Shown here: in pieces, positions 1 through 8,742 of the stretch
How positions within the stretch are numbered: the stretch's first letter is position 1
Layout: every line of letters starts with the position of its first letter
Source: Acinetobacter phage Mokit
Length of the DNA: 64,000 nt
Reading direction: 5' to 3' (one strand)
Sequence record: MW388002.1
The notes under the pieces: model-generated
What the model was told of the DNA's origin: nothing
The model's database searches: none
What the model saw: only the letters and a program-made list of their open reading frames with translations
Translations under genes and position numbers: made by a program

Positions 1-31
1 ACCTGTGATGTAAATTGCAAAAGCAAGTAAA

Positions 32-1015
32 CTAGCTAATGTTCTCATGTGTTTCTCCAATGTTAGGTGAGTATGGCTCAATTTTGCCGATTCTTAATGC
101 ATATTTAAATTTATCTACATATGCTACATCATACATACGTACAATTATTTCATAGTTCTCCCATGCAAAGTCTCTGAACCAACCACTAGTAATAGATGTA
201 CAAACCTTTTCTAATGCCATCAAGAAGCTTTTATATGGATCAACCTTAAAATCATTAGGAATTTGAGAACGTTCTAAAGCCAAAACATATGTCTCTTCTA
301 AAACTCCGAGTAAACGAATATATTGTTCACATGCAAAGAATTTTTCTCTAGAACACTCAACTTCTGCATCAGTTGCCATATAATATGTGTATGCAGGTTT
401 TTCCATTAACTTGACTGCTTCATGAATAGAGTCATGGTCATATACATAATTGAAATTTGAATTAAAGAATTCATTTTTCTTGACATTTAATTTGACATGG
501 TCGTAATTATATGTTTCCGCTATTCGACGTTCAATCCATCCAGTATCCCATGGGTTTGCTCCTACTGCAGGCGAACGAAGATTACGAATGGTACGCATAG
601 TCTTCAAAAAGTGAGGGCTATCTTTAAGAAATCGGTGGGACCACTTCAATGAATACAACATATCGATAGATGCAACTTTAAAATTGATACCATTGACAAC
701 AATAGTTGGCAGTATATCACCAGCTGCGTAAAATGCAAGTTCATACGTTGTACAATCGACTGTTTCTGCATGAGTAATTTCAAAAATGACGCCATCGCAT
801 TTGTATGCTCGAGTATACGTTTTGAACTTTGGTGAAGCAGCATTGAATACTAGCTTACACTCGGATGAGTCCTCTTTGAGGTATCGAATAACATCATCTG
901 CATCTTTCTTAGTCGCACAAATAACGTCGATATCTTTAGGGTTAAGGTTATGTGGAATATTAAGCCAATCGAGCTGCTTAGCTAAAGCATATGAGCCAAT
1001 AATTAAAGGAATCAT
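32..1015 (-). CDS. hypothetical protein; N-terminal hG[GS]...DxD pol-beta-type nucleotidyltransferase-like motif (IIGSYALAK...KDIDVI)
   Basis: 327-aa ORF; ATG at 1013-1015; TAG stop; early promoter 1218-1246 upstream; not gp61/uvsX-like. Confidence 0.55.
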   Translation of the reverse strand: MIPLIIGSYALAKQLDWLNIPHNLNPKDIDVICATKKDADDVIRYLKEDSSECKLVFNAASPKFKTYTRAYKCDGVIFEITHAETVDCTTYELAFYAAGDILPTIVVNGINFKVASIDMLYSLKWSHRFLKDSPHFLKTMRTIRNLRSPAVGANPWDTGWIERRIAETYNYDHVKLNVKKNEFFNSNFNYVYDHDSIHEAVKLMEKPAYTYYMATDAEVECSREKFFACEQYIRLLGVLEETYVLALERSQIPNDFKVDPYKSFLMALEKVCTSITSGWFRDFAWENYEIIVRMYDVAYVDKFKYALRIGKIEPYSPNIGETHENIS

Positions 1016-1217
1016 TGTGGTTTACCTAAACTGTTCATAAGTTGTTTGATGCGAAGTTGCATTTGATTAAGTTCAAACGAGATTTGAACATCAGTCTTAC
1101 TAGCATTCAAATCATCTCGAATAGAAGCAACAACTCGTTTTATTGATTTTCTTGCTTCAATAACTGATTCGATGTCTTTAGCTTTCATAACAATTTCCTC
1201 TTAAAGCTTATAGGGCC

Positions 1218-1246
1218 ATTATATCAAAACAATAGCCCTATGTAAA
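1218..1246 (-). promoter_or_regulatory. sigma70-type early promoter (TTTACA-17-TATAAT)
   Basis: rc: cttgatgTTTACAtagggctattgttttgaTATAATggccc. Confidence 0.6.
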
Positions 1247-1248
1247 CA

Positions 1249-1563
1249 TCAAGAATAATATTTTTTACATGCAGTGTAAATTCGTTCTAACCACTTTTCT
1301 TCAGTCATTTCACCTTCATCAAACATTGTTTCATCATAGCCGTGCTCAAGATAATTGACCCAAGACATCATAGGGATTTCTTGATCAATAACTTCATAGA
1401 TGTTACGACAATATTGTTCAAAATTGGCTGCCATTGCTTTGGCTTCAAGCTGAAATGCTACACTTTTGAAGTTGCCGTTATATTTTTGATAAATGAATTT
1501 AAATACACTATTTGCAAATATTGCACGATCATCACTAGGTGTGTCATAAAAATCATAATACAT
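1249..1563 (-). CDS. hypothetical protein (start trimmed to MYYDFYD; TAAcATG junction with upstream gene; GAGG SD)
   Basis: ORF track 1249..1626 overlaps the upstream ORF by 62 nt; internal ATG at 1561-1563 has an SD. Confidence 0.5.
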   Translation of the reverse strand: MYYDFYDTPSDDRAIFANSVFKFIYQKYNGNFKSVAFQLEAKAMAANFEQYCRNIYEVIDQEIPMMSWVNYLEHGYDETMFDEGEMTEEKWLERIYTACKKYYS

Positions 1564-1564
1564 G

Positions 1565-1756
1565 TTAAGCCTCTGAATTAGACCAATTTGAGTTGTGCCA
1601 AACTTGTTCAATAACTCCAAAGCCATTTGGAGACTGGATTGAAAAATCTAGTCGTTCTTCAATTGAAAGACGTTCAGCCTCTTCAACAAGCTCTTGGATG
1701 CTTGATACCAAGTCGTTTAAGTAGCGTTGAGCGCGTACATTATCCGTTATCGCCAT
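1565..1756 (-). CDS. hypothetical small protein (63 aa, start MAITDN with AAGGAG SD)
   Basis: ORF 1565..1831 trimmed to the ATG at 1754-1756 preceded by aaggagaatacc. Confidence 0.5.
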   Translation of the reverse strand: MAITDNVRAQRYLNDLVSSIQELVEEAERLSIEERLDFSIQSPNGFGVIEQVWHNSNWSNSEA

Positions 1757-1766
1757 GGTATTCTCC

Positions 1767-1949
1767 TTAACAATCCTGCGAACTTGGGTGCCATTCGCCA
1801 GTTTCACCGTCATATGTACCACCCATACCATATGCGGGTTGAATGTAAAAATCTAATTCATGTTTATCTGCAAAAGCTTCGGCTTCATGGATTGCGTCAC
1901 GAATATTTTGGACTAGCTCACGCAATTTTTTATCTTCATTATTGCTCAT
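1767..1949 (-). CDS. hypothetical small acidic protein (60 aa)
   Basis: ORF directly downstream of early promoter 1976-2004. Confidence 0.45.
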   Translation of the reverse strand: MSNNEDKKLRELVQNIRDAIHEAEAFADKHELDFYIQPAYGMGGTYDGETGEWHPSSQDC

Positions 1950-1975
1950 TTCATTTCTCCATAATAGGTAGAACC

Positions 1976-2004
1976 ATTATAACATAGTTCTACCATAAAG
2001 TAAA
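1976..2004 (-). promoter_or_regulatory. early promoter TTTACT-17-TATAAT; -10 lies between inverted repeats ggtagaac/gttctacc
   Basis: rc: TTTACTttatggtagaactatgtTATAATggttctacc. Confidence 0.6.
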
Positions 2005-2005
2005 A

Positions 2006-3502
2006 TTAAAAGGTTAGTTTTGCTGCAAGATCATCTAATTCCGCTCGAGATGCACTTGAAATACGATGTACTTTATTCATCTCTTCAATATTTGACAATT
2101 GAATAGATTCTTCAGTAACCGGAATAGTTTCTTTAGCAGCAACACACGCTTTGATAATTATCTCGTCGGTCATTTGAGATTCTGGAATAACTGGTGCACT
2201 AGGACCATCTTCTTCATACCAGCGTTGATTACCTTTCTTGACACACAAATTAAATTTATTGAATATTGACTTATCCCCATAACGTGATTTAATTTGTTTC
2301 ATTAACTGGACGCCTTGGGTAGCTAAATCTTCGGTTTCGATCGCAGCCAAGATAAAGTCGGCAGTATGACTTAGGCCGGCAGATTCTGCGATATCACTCA
2401 TAGTGATATCAGAGTTATCCCAGCCACCACGAGTGGTCTGAGCTGCGGTCCAAATAGGTACTCGTTCTTCAACAGCTAGTGCTCGAAGTTCTTCTGCAAT
2501 AGCTTTAACAAGTGTGTATGAGTTTTCACTAAACACTTTAATTCGAGATGATGCACAGATGCCAAGATAATCTACAACAATAATATCAGGCTTGAAGGCT
2601 TTCTTCAACTTCAATTCGTTTAATAACGCCTTGAATGTTAATGCATGAGCACCTCCAATAGGATATTGTTTGATGTACAACTCTCCAAGAACATTTGCCT
2701 TTCTCCAACGTTCCATCTTAGATTTGTATTCAGGGTAACTGATTTTACCATCGTCAATGTCATCCATTGTGACATCAAGCAAGTTTGCATCAATACGTTT
2801 TGCTACAACTTCTTCTGCCATCTCCATTGAGATGTACAAAACATTTTTACCAGATTGTAAATAGTCTGCAGTAAGCGAACACAATCCTAAAGATTTACCA
2901 ACGTTTACACCAGCTAAAATAATATTCAATGTGCCAATTTCTACACCACCCTTTGTAATTTTATTTAGCATATTGAGCTTAAACGGGATTTTACGTGTTT
3001 TATTTTGGTAAGACAACCATCGAGCTTCATAGTCTTCCATCCATGAATGCCCGATAGAAGAATCGAAACAAACTGATAATGCATCTCGCATGATATCCGG
3101 AATAGCACCGACATCAGGCAAACGCTTGTCTCGTTGATTTAATGGTTTATCTGCATTCGTCTGAATTTGTACAATTTTTACAGTTGCATTGTACATTGCA
3201 CGTCGTTGCACGTATTTTTCAGTTTCTGGGACAAGCCAATCTACAGATTCAGGTTCAGTTTTAAGATTTCCTAGAAGTGTTGACACACCTTTAAAATCAA
3301 CTTCATTTAAATTTGAGTTGTTTACAACTAAATCTAATGCGACCTTTGACGGGATCCCATTGTATGCGTCAACATGAGACTTAATTGAATTATAAAGAAT
3401 TCGTGCAGGACCTTTCTCAAAATAGTCTTCTTTGAGGTATGGCCATACTCTGCCAAAATATTCTTGATTAGAAATCAATTGGCCTAAAATAACGTCTATC
3501 AT
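2006..3502 (-). CDS. 41: replicative DNA helicase, DnaB-like (T4 gp41 homolog)
   Basis: Colinear match to T4 gp41 (VWPY..EYFE, Walker A GVNVGKSLGLCSL, DYLGIC, SRYGDK); listed N-term uses a TTG; ATG at 3500-3502 gives MIDVIL.. Confidence 0.9.
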   Translation of the reverse strand: MIDVILGQLISNQEYFGRVWPYLKEDYFEKGPARILYNSIKSHVDAYNGIPSKVALDLVVNNSNLNEVDFKGVSTLLGNLKTEPESVDWLVPETEKYVQRRAMYNATVKIVQIQTNADKPLNQRDKRLPDVGAIPDIMRDALSVCFDSSIGHSWMEDYEARWLSYQNKTRKIPFKLNMLNKITKGGVEIGTLNIILAGVNVGKSLGLCSLTADYLQSGKNVLYISMEMAEEVVAKRIDANLLDVTMDDIDDGKISYPEYKSKMERWRKANVLGELYIKQYPIGGAHALTFKALLNELKLKKAFKPDIIVVDYLGICASSRIKVFSENSYTLVKAIAEELRALAVEERVPIWTAAQTTRGGWDNSDITMSDIAESAGLSHTADFILAAIETEDLATQGVQLMKQIKSRYGDKSIFNKFNLCVKKGNQRWYEEDGPSAPVIPESQMTDEIIIKACVAAKETIPVTEESIQLSNIEEMNKVHRISSASRAELDDLAAKLTF

Positions 3503-3541
3503 ATAGTCACCCTTATTCAATTAGAATAATTATATACCAAG

Positions 3542-3559
3542 ATGGTCCCGAAGGACCAT
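3542..3559 (-). terminator. UUCG-tetraloop hairpin upstream of gene 41
   Basis: atggtcccgaaggaccat. Confidence 0.5.
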
Positions 3560-3562
3560 TGC

Positions 3563-3874
3563 TTAATATGTAAACATTTTCTTTTTACTTTTAATGTCAG
3601 CCATTTGCAATTGAATGATATACTCTACATGCTTTGTTAATTCATCCTTTCTGTCTTCGCTTGGCGTAGAAAAATCATATGAAACACTATTAGCATTTAT
3701 TGTAATATCATGGATATACACAATATGGTCTGATCCGTCTTCAAGCTTAATCAAGATTTCTTGTTTGACATCTTTCATTGCCTCTCTAATGATACCTAAA
3801 GACTTTTCGTATAGTGCTCCGGATGGGCCTCTGCTGTCATTAGCTGTATTAAGATCTTCATCGTTAGTGGACAT
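3563..3874 (-). CDS. hypothetical protein (104 aa) at 3' end of the modification module
   Basis: ORF trimmed to the ATG at 3872-3874 (GGAG SD; TAAtaATG junction with 3877..4995). Confidence 0.5.
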   Translation of the reverse strand: MSTNDEDLNTANDSRGPSGALYEKSLGIIREAMKDVKQEILIKLEDGSDHIVYIHDITINANSVSYDFSTPSEDRKDELTKHVEYIIQLQMADIKSKKKMFTY

Positions 3875-3876
3875 AT

Positions 3877-4995
3877 TTACTCCAGAAGTGCCTTTTCCCA
3901 TAGTGCAAATACACGTTCAGGGCGGTATTGTTCGTATAATGCATTCGCACGATTTACTCGTTGTTCAAATGTATCGGTGAAATTATTTAACGCATCAGAA
4001 TAAGCTGCAATAATTTCCTCGGATGTCATACCGTCATCAATCCATACAACTTGTGTAGTTGGATCGTGTTCTAACGTGGCATGACTATAGCCTCGTTGAA
4101 TAAGTTGTAATACTGGAACACCCTTTTCAATCGCTTCCATTGAGCCATGTTCAATAGTACCGGTATCATGACAAGTATTTACAAGAACTAGTGCTTCTTT
4201 AATTGTATCTTGGATTGCTTTACGAGGTATATCCATATGCACAAAAGGCTCTTTAAGATATTTCTTTGGAGGTGCCCACTGTCTTGGCAAGAATGCAATA
4301 ATTTTATGTGGACAATGTTTCATTGCTTCTAATGCTACATTTGTCTTTCTAAATTTTAAGTCATACCGTTGAGCTTGTACTACATATCCCTTTGATGGCA
4401 AAACTTCTGGCGGATTCTCGATTAACGTAGCTGGAAAGAAATTATCAGAGATGATGTCATTCTTAGCCCAATAATCAAAATCAATGGCACCTACCGCTAA
4501 ACGTCTGTTCATTTTTGAATAAACTTTAGATGTCAAATCTTTAAAGGTTTGAGTAGGAACTAAATTTTTACCGCCATTCTGGTGAATGAATACCGCAGTG
4601 CGCCAAATAGAAACAAGTGTGCGAATTGTAGGGTCAAGTGGAGTGGCCAATAAATTTCGAATCTTTGGTCCAAGCCCTAGTTTAATTAAACCATTGATAA
4701 CACCTTTTGCTGCCTCTACAGTTACGATAGCATCGTATTGGGAGCAATCAAGTTCTGCAATTTTTTCAATGATCTTTTTACCATGTTTTACCGTATATTT
4801 GTCAACAATCGGATAGTCAATAGAGATTGGGTTTACTTTGTAAGGTCCAAATGTTTCATCGCCAAATGCAATATAATCAATTTGATGCTTCTTGCTCATC
4901 GTTTTGATAAAGTTCAATTGGACCGATTCAAGGCCACCTGAAATATAGTTGGCATTAAAAGTAATAAATCGACATGGAATGTATAAGATTTTCAT
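3877..4995 (-). CDS. putative DNA glycosyltransferase, paralog A (candidate hmC arabinosyl/glycosyl transferase)
   Basis: 372 aa; strongly similar to the adjacent 373-aa ORF (MKILY[IL]PCR..GGLE[SA]VQ.NFI...IDY[IV]AFGDE..LATPLDP); position of T4 beta-gt relative to gene 42. Confidence 0.6.
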   Translation of the reverse strand: MKILYIPCRFITFNANYISGGLESVQLNFIKTMSKKHQIDYIAFGDETFGPYKVNPISIDYPIVDKYTVKHGKKIIEKIAELDCSQYDAIVTVEAAKGVINGLIKLGLGPKIRNLLATPLDPTIRTLVSIWRTAVFIHQNGGKNLVPTQTFKDLTSKVYSKMNRRLAVGAIDFDYWAKNDIISDNFFPATLIENPPEVLPSKGYVVQAQRYDLKFRKTNVALEAMKHCPHKIIAFLPRQWAPPKKYLKEPFVHMDIPRKAIQDTIKEALVLVNTCHDTGTIEHGSMEAIEKGVPVLQLIQRGYSHATLEHDPTTQVVWIDDGMTSEEIIAAYSDALNNFTDTFEQRVNRANALYEQYRPERVFALWEKALLE

Positions 4996-5048
4996 GTTTC
5001 ATCTCAAAGAAAGTGTAGTAGTATTTATGGAGCCCGAAGGCTCCATTT

Positions 5049-5064
5049 TCAGAATTATTTTAAA
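5049..5064 (-). terminator. UUCG-tetraloop hairpin between the two glycosyltransferase paralogs
   Basis: ggagcccgaaggctcc. Confidence 0.5.
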
Positions 5065-6176
5065 ACAGCTTCCCAGAGCTTAAAGTACGCTTCTTCATTA
5101 AATTTCTTATAAAGATATTCTGCTCTTGCAACTCGTTGCTCATATGTATCTTCAAAATCATTTAATGCCTTGGCATATAACTCGATTAGTTCTTGAGTGC
5201 TTGCGCCTTCTTCAAATTCAACTCGAACAGTATTAGGGTCGTACTCAAATGTAGCATGGTTGTATCCTTTTTGAATTAGTTGAAGTACTGGCGTACCTTG
5301 TGAGATTGCCTCAAGTGAGCCATTCTCTACTGTGCCAGTGTTGTGGCAAGTATTAACAAGAAGTTTTGCTGTCGAAATTTCGGTTTGAACTGCTTGTCGT
5401 TTTGCATCAATAATTACCCAATGGTCTTGTTTGAGCCATTTCTTACCCGGAGCCCATTTAGAAGGACAAAAGGCAATCTTAGGACCATTGTATAATTCCA
5501 TTGCGCCGAATGCAACGCTTGATTTTCTAAACGTATTATCAAATCGTTGGGCTTGAACAATGTGTCCTTCAGATTCAAGAACTGTTGGGCGTTCGCTAAT
5601 AAGAATAGGTGGATAAAATTCATCCGCAATAATATCATTAGCTTGCCAGTAATCAAAATCAATAACTTCTGCAGCAATTCGTTCATTCATTTTTGAATAA
5701 ACATTTGCAGCTAAGTCTTTAAAGGTTTGAGTTGGGACAATATTTTTTCCACCTAGTTTATGAACCATCACTGCATTATTCCAACATTGAACAATACCTC
5801 GAACTGATGGATCAAGAGGTGTCGCAAGAATATTCCGAACTTTTGAAATTTGTCCAAGCTCGGCGAGCGTATTGAGGACCATTTTGCTACCTTCAATAAT
5901 TACAATAGCATCATATTGATCCCAGTCTGTAATTTCTTGAAGTTTGTATTTGATTTTATATGCATGGGCAGTTGTAAACTTGGCTCCAATCGGTTTGTCA
6001 ATAGATAATGTATTGACCTTTACGTCACCAAATTCTTCATCGCCAAATGCAACATAATCGATATCATGGACCTTAGACAAATTCACAATAAAATTATATT
6101 GAACTGCTTCAAGGCCGCCATCAACACGTTTAATGTTAAAAGGCACAGAACGACAAGGTAAGTATAAAATTTTCAT
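5055..6176 (-). CDS. putative DNA glycosyltransferase, paralog B
   Basis: Paralog of 3877..4995; start trimmed to the ATG at 6174-6176 (TAAtATG junction with the kinase gene). Confidence 0.6.
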   Translation of the reverse strand: MKILYLPCRSVPFNIKRVDGGLEAVQYNFIVNLSKVHDIDYVAFGDEEFGDVKVNTLSIDKPIGAKFTTAHAYKIKYKLQEITDWDQYDAIVIIEGSKMVLNTLAELGQISKVRNILATPLDPSVRGIVQCWNNAVMVHKLGGKNIVPTQTFKDLAANVYSKMNERIAAEVIDFDYWQANDIIADEFYPPILISERPTVLESEGHIVQAQRFDNTFRKSSVAFGAMELYNGPKIAFCPSKWAPGKKWLKQDHWVIIDAKRQAVQTEISTAKLLVNTCHNTGTVENGSLEAISQGTPVLQLIQKGYNHATFEYDPNTVRVEFEEGASTQELIELYAKALNDFEDTYEQRVARAEYLYKKFNEEAYFKLWEAVLK

Positions 6177-6177
6177 A

Positions 6178-6720
6178 TTAAGGTCCAATAAATTCTTCAA
6201 TTTTTAAGTCTTCCATTACTTTTTCAAATGGAACGATATCGTTAATATTGTTGTACACATCATGGTCAAGAATTTGATATGGAGTTATTCCAAATTCATT
6301 GTACACGTCTTCAAATTTGTCAACAATTGCATTAAATTGTTCTTCACTAATCGAAATCAAATCATCTGCAAAGCTGTCATTAAGTTTATTACGTGTAAGA
6401 CCGACCACTAAGACATCATTTTGTTTGATGAATCTTTTGAAATCATCTTTGAAAATTTGGGTCGGTTTGCCACGAAGAACACTTTCATATACAATGTTAC
6501 TTAAACCGCCACGATCAAGAATATATGTTGTGTCACTATCAACAAATCTCAACATTGTTTCAAATATCGCAACTTCATTTCGAGATACACAAGTGAAACG
6601 ACCTTCACTTGTGCGTTTAGGAAATGGCATCAACACTGCAGGAGTGAATCGTTCTAGATTTGATATGAACGTAGTTTTGCCTGCATTGTCAGGACCTTCA
6701 ACTAAGATTAGTTTTGCCAT
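6178..6720 (-). CDS. P-loop (d)NMP kinase, thymidylate-kinase-like
   Basis: LILVEGPDNAGKTT Walker A followed by DRG (DRY/DRX-like) motif; 180 aa. Confidence 0.65.
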   Translation of the reverse strand: MAKLILVEGPDNAGKTTFISNLERFTPAVLMPFPKRTSEGRFTCVSRNEVAIFETMLRFVDSDTTYILDRGGLSNIVYESVLRGKPTQIFKDDFKRFIKQNDVLVVGLTRNKLNDSFADDLISISEEQFNAIVDKFEDVYNEFGITPYQILDHDVYNNINDIVPFEKVMEDLKIEEFIGP

Positions 6721-7652
6721 ACATCACCTGTAATTAGAATATCATCAATCGTTGGTATATTATAATCACTAATAATGTTAGCATCGAAATAAATCAATTC
6801 ACCTAGTCCAGGATGAAACACATTATCTGGATTTTCATTGTAGATAATTGTGGGGTGCTGCGAAAGTACAATATAATATGAAACTTTATCTAGTTTGCAC
6901 TCCATGATCTCTAAGTCAGGGTACAATTCATCAAGCGTCGGTTTTTTATCAACAAATGTGTCATTAGGATCAGTAATGAGCAATATGTTCCCAGTTTCAG
7001 CACAAGTCTTGGCAACACTCATGAAATCATAACATGGATCAGATATTCTAAATGGAAAGAAAACCATGTTTGAATTGAGAGGCTGAATTTCAGAATAGTC
7101 AATACGATTAGTATAACGTTCAATTACACTTGGGTTAACCACTTTCTGGGAAACAGTGATTTTTTCCGCAGAAATGCCACTTGCAACAAATTCATCCTTT
7201 TGGTTTTGATTAAGTACAAATACTTTTATTGCAGATTGAGCACTTTCGAGATCTTTTTCCCACCACTTATCGATATACAATCGCGTCAATCCAGAAACTT
7301 TAGAAATATTAGCATTGAAAATAAATTCATGTGTACCGTTATATCCAGTGATGTCAGTAATCAATGTATCAAGATTGTATACTTTCATAATCTCATCAAC
7401 ATTTTCTTGATTCCATGTCCAGAACCAATGACGTGTTTCATCTGCATTGAAGCCATAATGAAATTGAACAAATTTGAAATCCGGGAACAAGTATGTCAAA
7501 TCGCCCATGTCAGAAATGTCAAAAGGCACTGCAATCAAATCACCTGGTTGTGCACGATGTAAATGCAATTGAAAGTTACCGTCCTTGAGGACGGAATACT
7601 TTCTTGTGCTATACGATCGCATCGAAAAAATTGGTACAATCATTCTAGCCAT
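6708..7652 (-). CDS. hypothetical protein (314 aa) inside the modification module; no recognizable motif
   Basis: Long ORF, ATG at 7650-7652, 13-nt overlap with the downstream kinase gene. Confidence 0.55.
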   Translation of the reverse strand: MARMIVPIFSMRSYSTRKYSVLKDGNFQLHLHRAQPGDLIAVPFDISDMGDLTYLFPDFKFVQFHYGFNADETRHWFWTWNQENVDEIMKVYNLDTLITDITGYNGTHEFIFNANISKVSGLTRLYIDKWWEKDLESAQSAIKVFVLNQNQKDEFVASGISAEKITVSQKVVNPSVIERYTNRIDYSEIQPLNSNMVFFPFRISDPCYDFMSVAKTCAETGNILLITDPNDTFVDKKPTLDELYPDLEIMECKLDKVSYYIVLSQHPTIIYNENPDNVFHPGLGELIYFDANIISDYNIPTIDDILITGDVWQN

Positions 7653-7657
7653 ATCGT

Positions 7658-8362
7658 TTATCCTAAAAAGTTTTTAACGTAATCTAAATCACGTTCAAAT
7701 ACATGAGCAGAAACAATAGAATGTGCATAAGTGCCTAATTCAACATTGCATTCTTTTGAGATATATTCCATGAATCGATGCATCAAATAAAAATCAAGCT
7801 GCATAACTACTGCACAGTTTTGACTTCTCATATGTGTATGCATGTACAAACGTCCTTCACGAATATAAAAGGTAACAGAATCTGTACAAGGATATTCTAG
7901 TGATTCATCTGCATCTAAAAGCACTTGATCTTGCTCTTGCAGAATTTGAAAAACTACACGCCGTGAGTTCGGTTTTTCTTTAAGCTCTTTGATAAGGGCC
8001 GGTAACTGTGAAACAATTCGTGGGCCATAGAAGGTATTGAAATTTGCAGGTAAAGCATCCGTTTTCGGTTTCGCAATAAATTTCGCGACATTTGGATAGT
8101 CCTTAAACGCTTGTTCCGCATCTGTGCCACCTTGAATCATGAATTCCCAGAATTTTTCCGCATAACCATAATCAATACGATTAATATTTTTATCTTTGAA
8201 AACCGCACCGGTATCTGGAAGTGCTACTTCTAAAAGAATTGATCCGATTTCACGACATTTGCCAATACGAGAATCCGTGACAAATTCAGGTTCAGTAATC
8301 ACTAGATAATTGAGTCGCTTGAATGCTTCTTCAAATGTGCTAGCTAAAATATACTTTGGCAT
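7658..8362 (-). CDS. 42: dCMP hydroxymethylase (ThyA-family; T4 gp42 homolog)
   Basis: EYPCTDSV (catalytic Cys, cf. T4 MCTNTV) and HMRSQN (cf. T4 MRSNDV); the Asp aligned to T4 D179 suggests cytosine specificity; synteny between 41 and 43. Confidence 0.75.
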   Translation of the reverse strand: MPKYILASTFEEAFKRLNYLVITEPEFVTDSRIGKCREIGSILLEVALPDTGAVFKDKNINRIDYGYAEKFWEFMIQGGTDAEQAFKDYPNVAKFIAKPKTDALPANFNTFYGPRIVSQLPALIKELKEKPNSRRVVFQILQEQDQVLLDADESLEYPCTDSVTFYIREGRLYMHTHMRSQNCAVVMQLDFYLMHRFMEYISKECNVELGTYAHSIVSAHVFERDLDYVKNFLG

Positions 8363-8364
8363 TA

Positions 8365-8742
8365 TTACACCTCCGGTACGTATGGATGTTTAGATAATAA
8401 TTCATTATTACGAAAAGCGTCTTTGAATTCCTTAGGATTTAATGCTTTATCGTCAATGATCCAGTCATACACAGGTTTGTGTGTGAGTAATTGATGATAT
8501 TTCAGTTTAATTTTTTCAAGATTTTTAACTAATGCGGGCACAATAGCTCGGCTTATTGCATCTGAACCTACTGATGTCATGCCACGTGCAGTGAACAGTG
8601 TTATATGATGCCCTTGATCATATAACTCATTGATCATTGATACCATTTCAAGATCAGGTTTGAAATTTTCATAGTCACGACTATCATCCCAAAGAGTGAT
8701 AGTGTTATCTATGTCAAAACAAAATTGTTTTGGTCGAATCAT
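8365..8742 (-). CDS. HAD-superfamily phosphatase (small, 125 aa)
   Basis: N-terminal FDIDNTIT (DxDxT motif I); ..FTARG.. region. Confidence 0.65.
   Translation of the reverse strand: MIRPKQFCFDIDNTITLWDDSRDYENFKPDLEMVSMINELYDQGHHITLFTARGMTSVGSDAISRAIVPALVKNLEKIKLKYHQLLTHKPVYDWIIDDKALNPKEFKDAFRNNELLSKHPYVPEV

Noticed and set aside
32-1015. gp61 primase or UvsX identity for the ORF downstream of gene 41
   Set aside because: No zinc-ribbon/TOPRIM or RecA Walker motifs; the sequence does not resemble T4 gp61, gp40 or UvsX
646-1040. Plus-strand ORFs 786..1040 and minus 646..843 nested in or antisense to the 327-aa gene
   Set aside because: Fully embedded in a longer ORF on the coding strand of a uniformly leftward early region; low-complexity translations; no promoter or SD
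2645-3377. Plus-strand ORFs inside gene 41
   Set aside because: Antisense to a strongly conserved helicase gene
2006-3520. Extended N-termini listed by the ORF track (e.g. MNKGDY- on gp41, MKNLLDLN- on GT paralog B, MLHMAGEL- on gp2, MVWVVHM- on 1565..1831)
   Set aside because: These begin at TTG/GTG codons or overlap upstream genes by 60-170 nt; downstream ATGs with SDs and TAAnATG junctions give the homolog-consistent starts
6299-7562. Plus-strand ORFs 6299..6733 and 7200..7562
   Set aside because: Antisense to the kinase and 314-aa genes; TTG/GTG starts; Ser/Leu-rich junk translations
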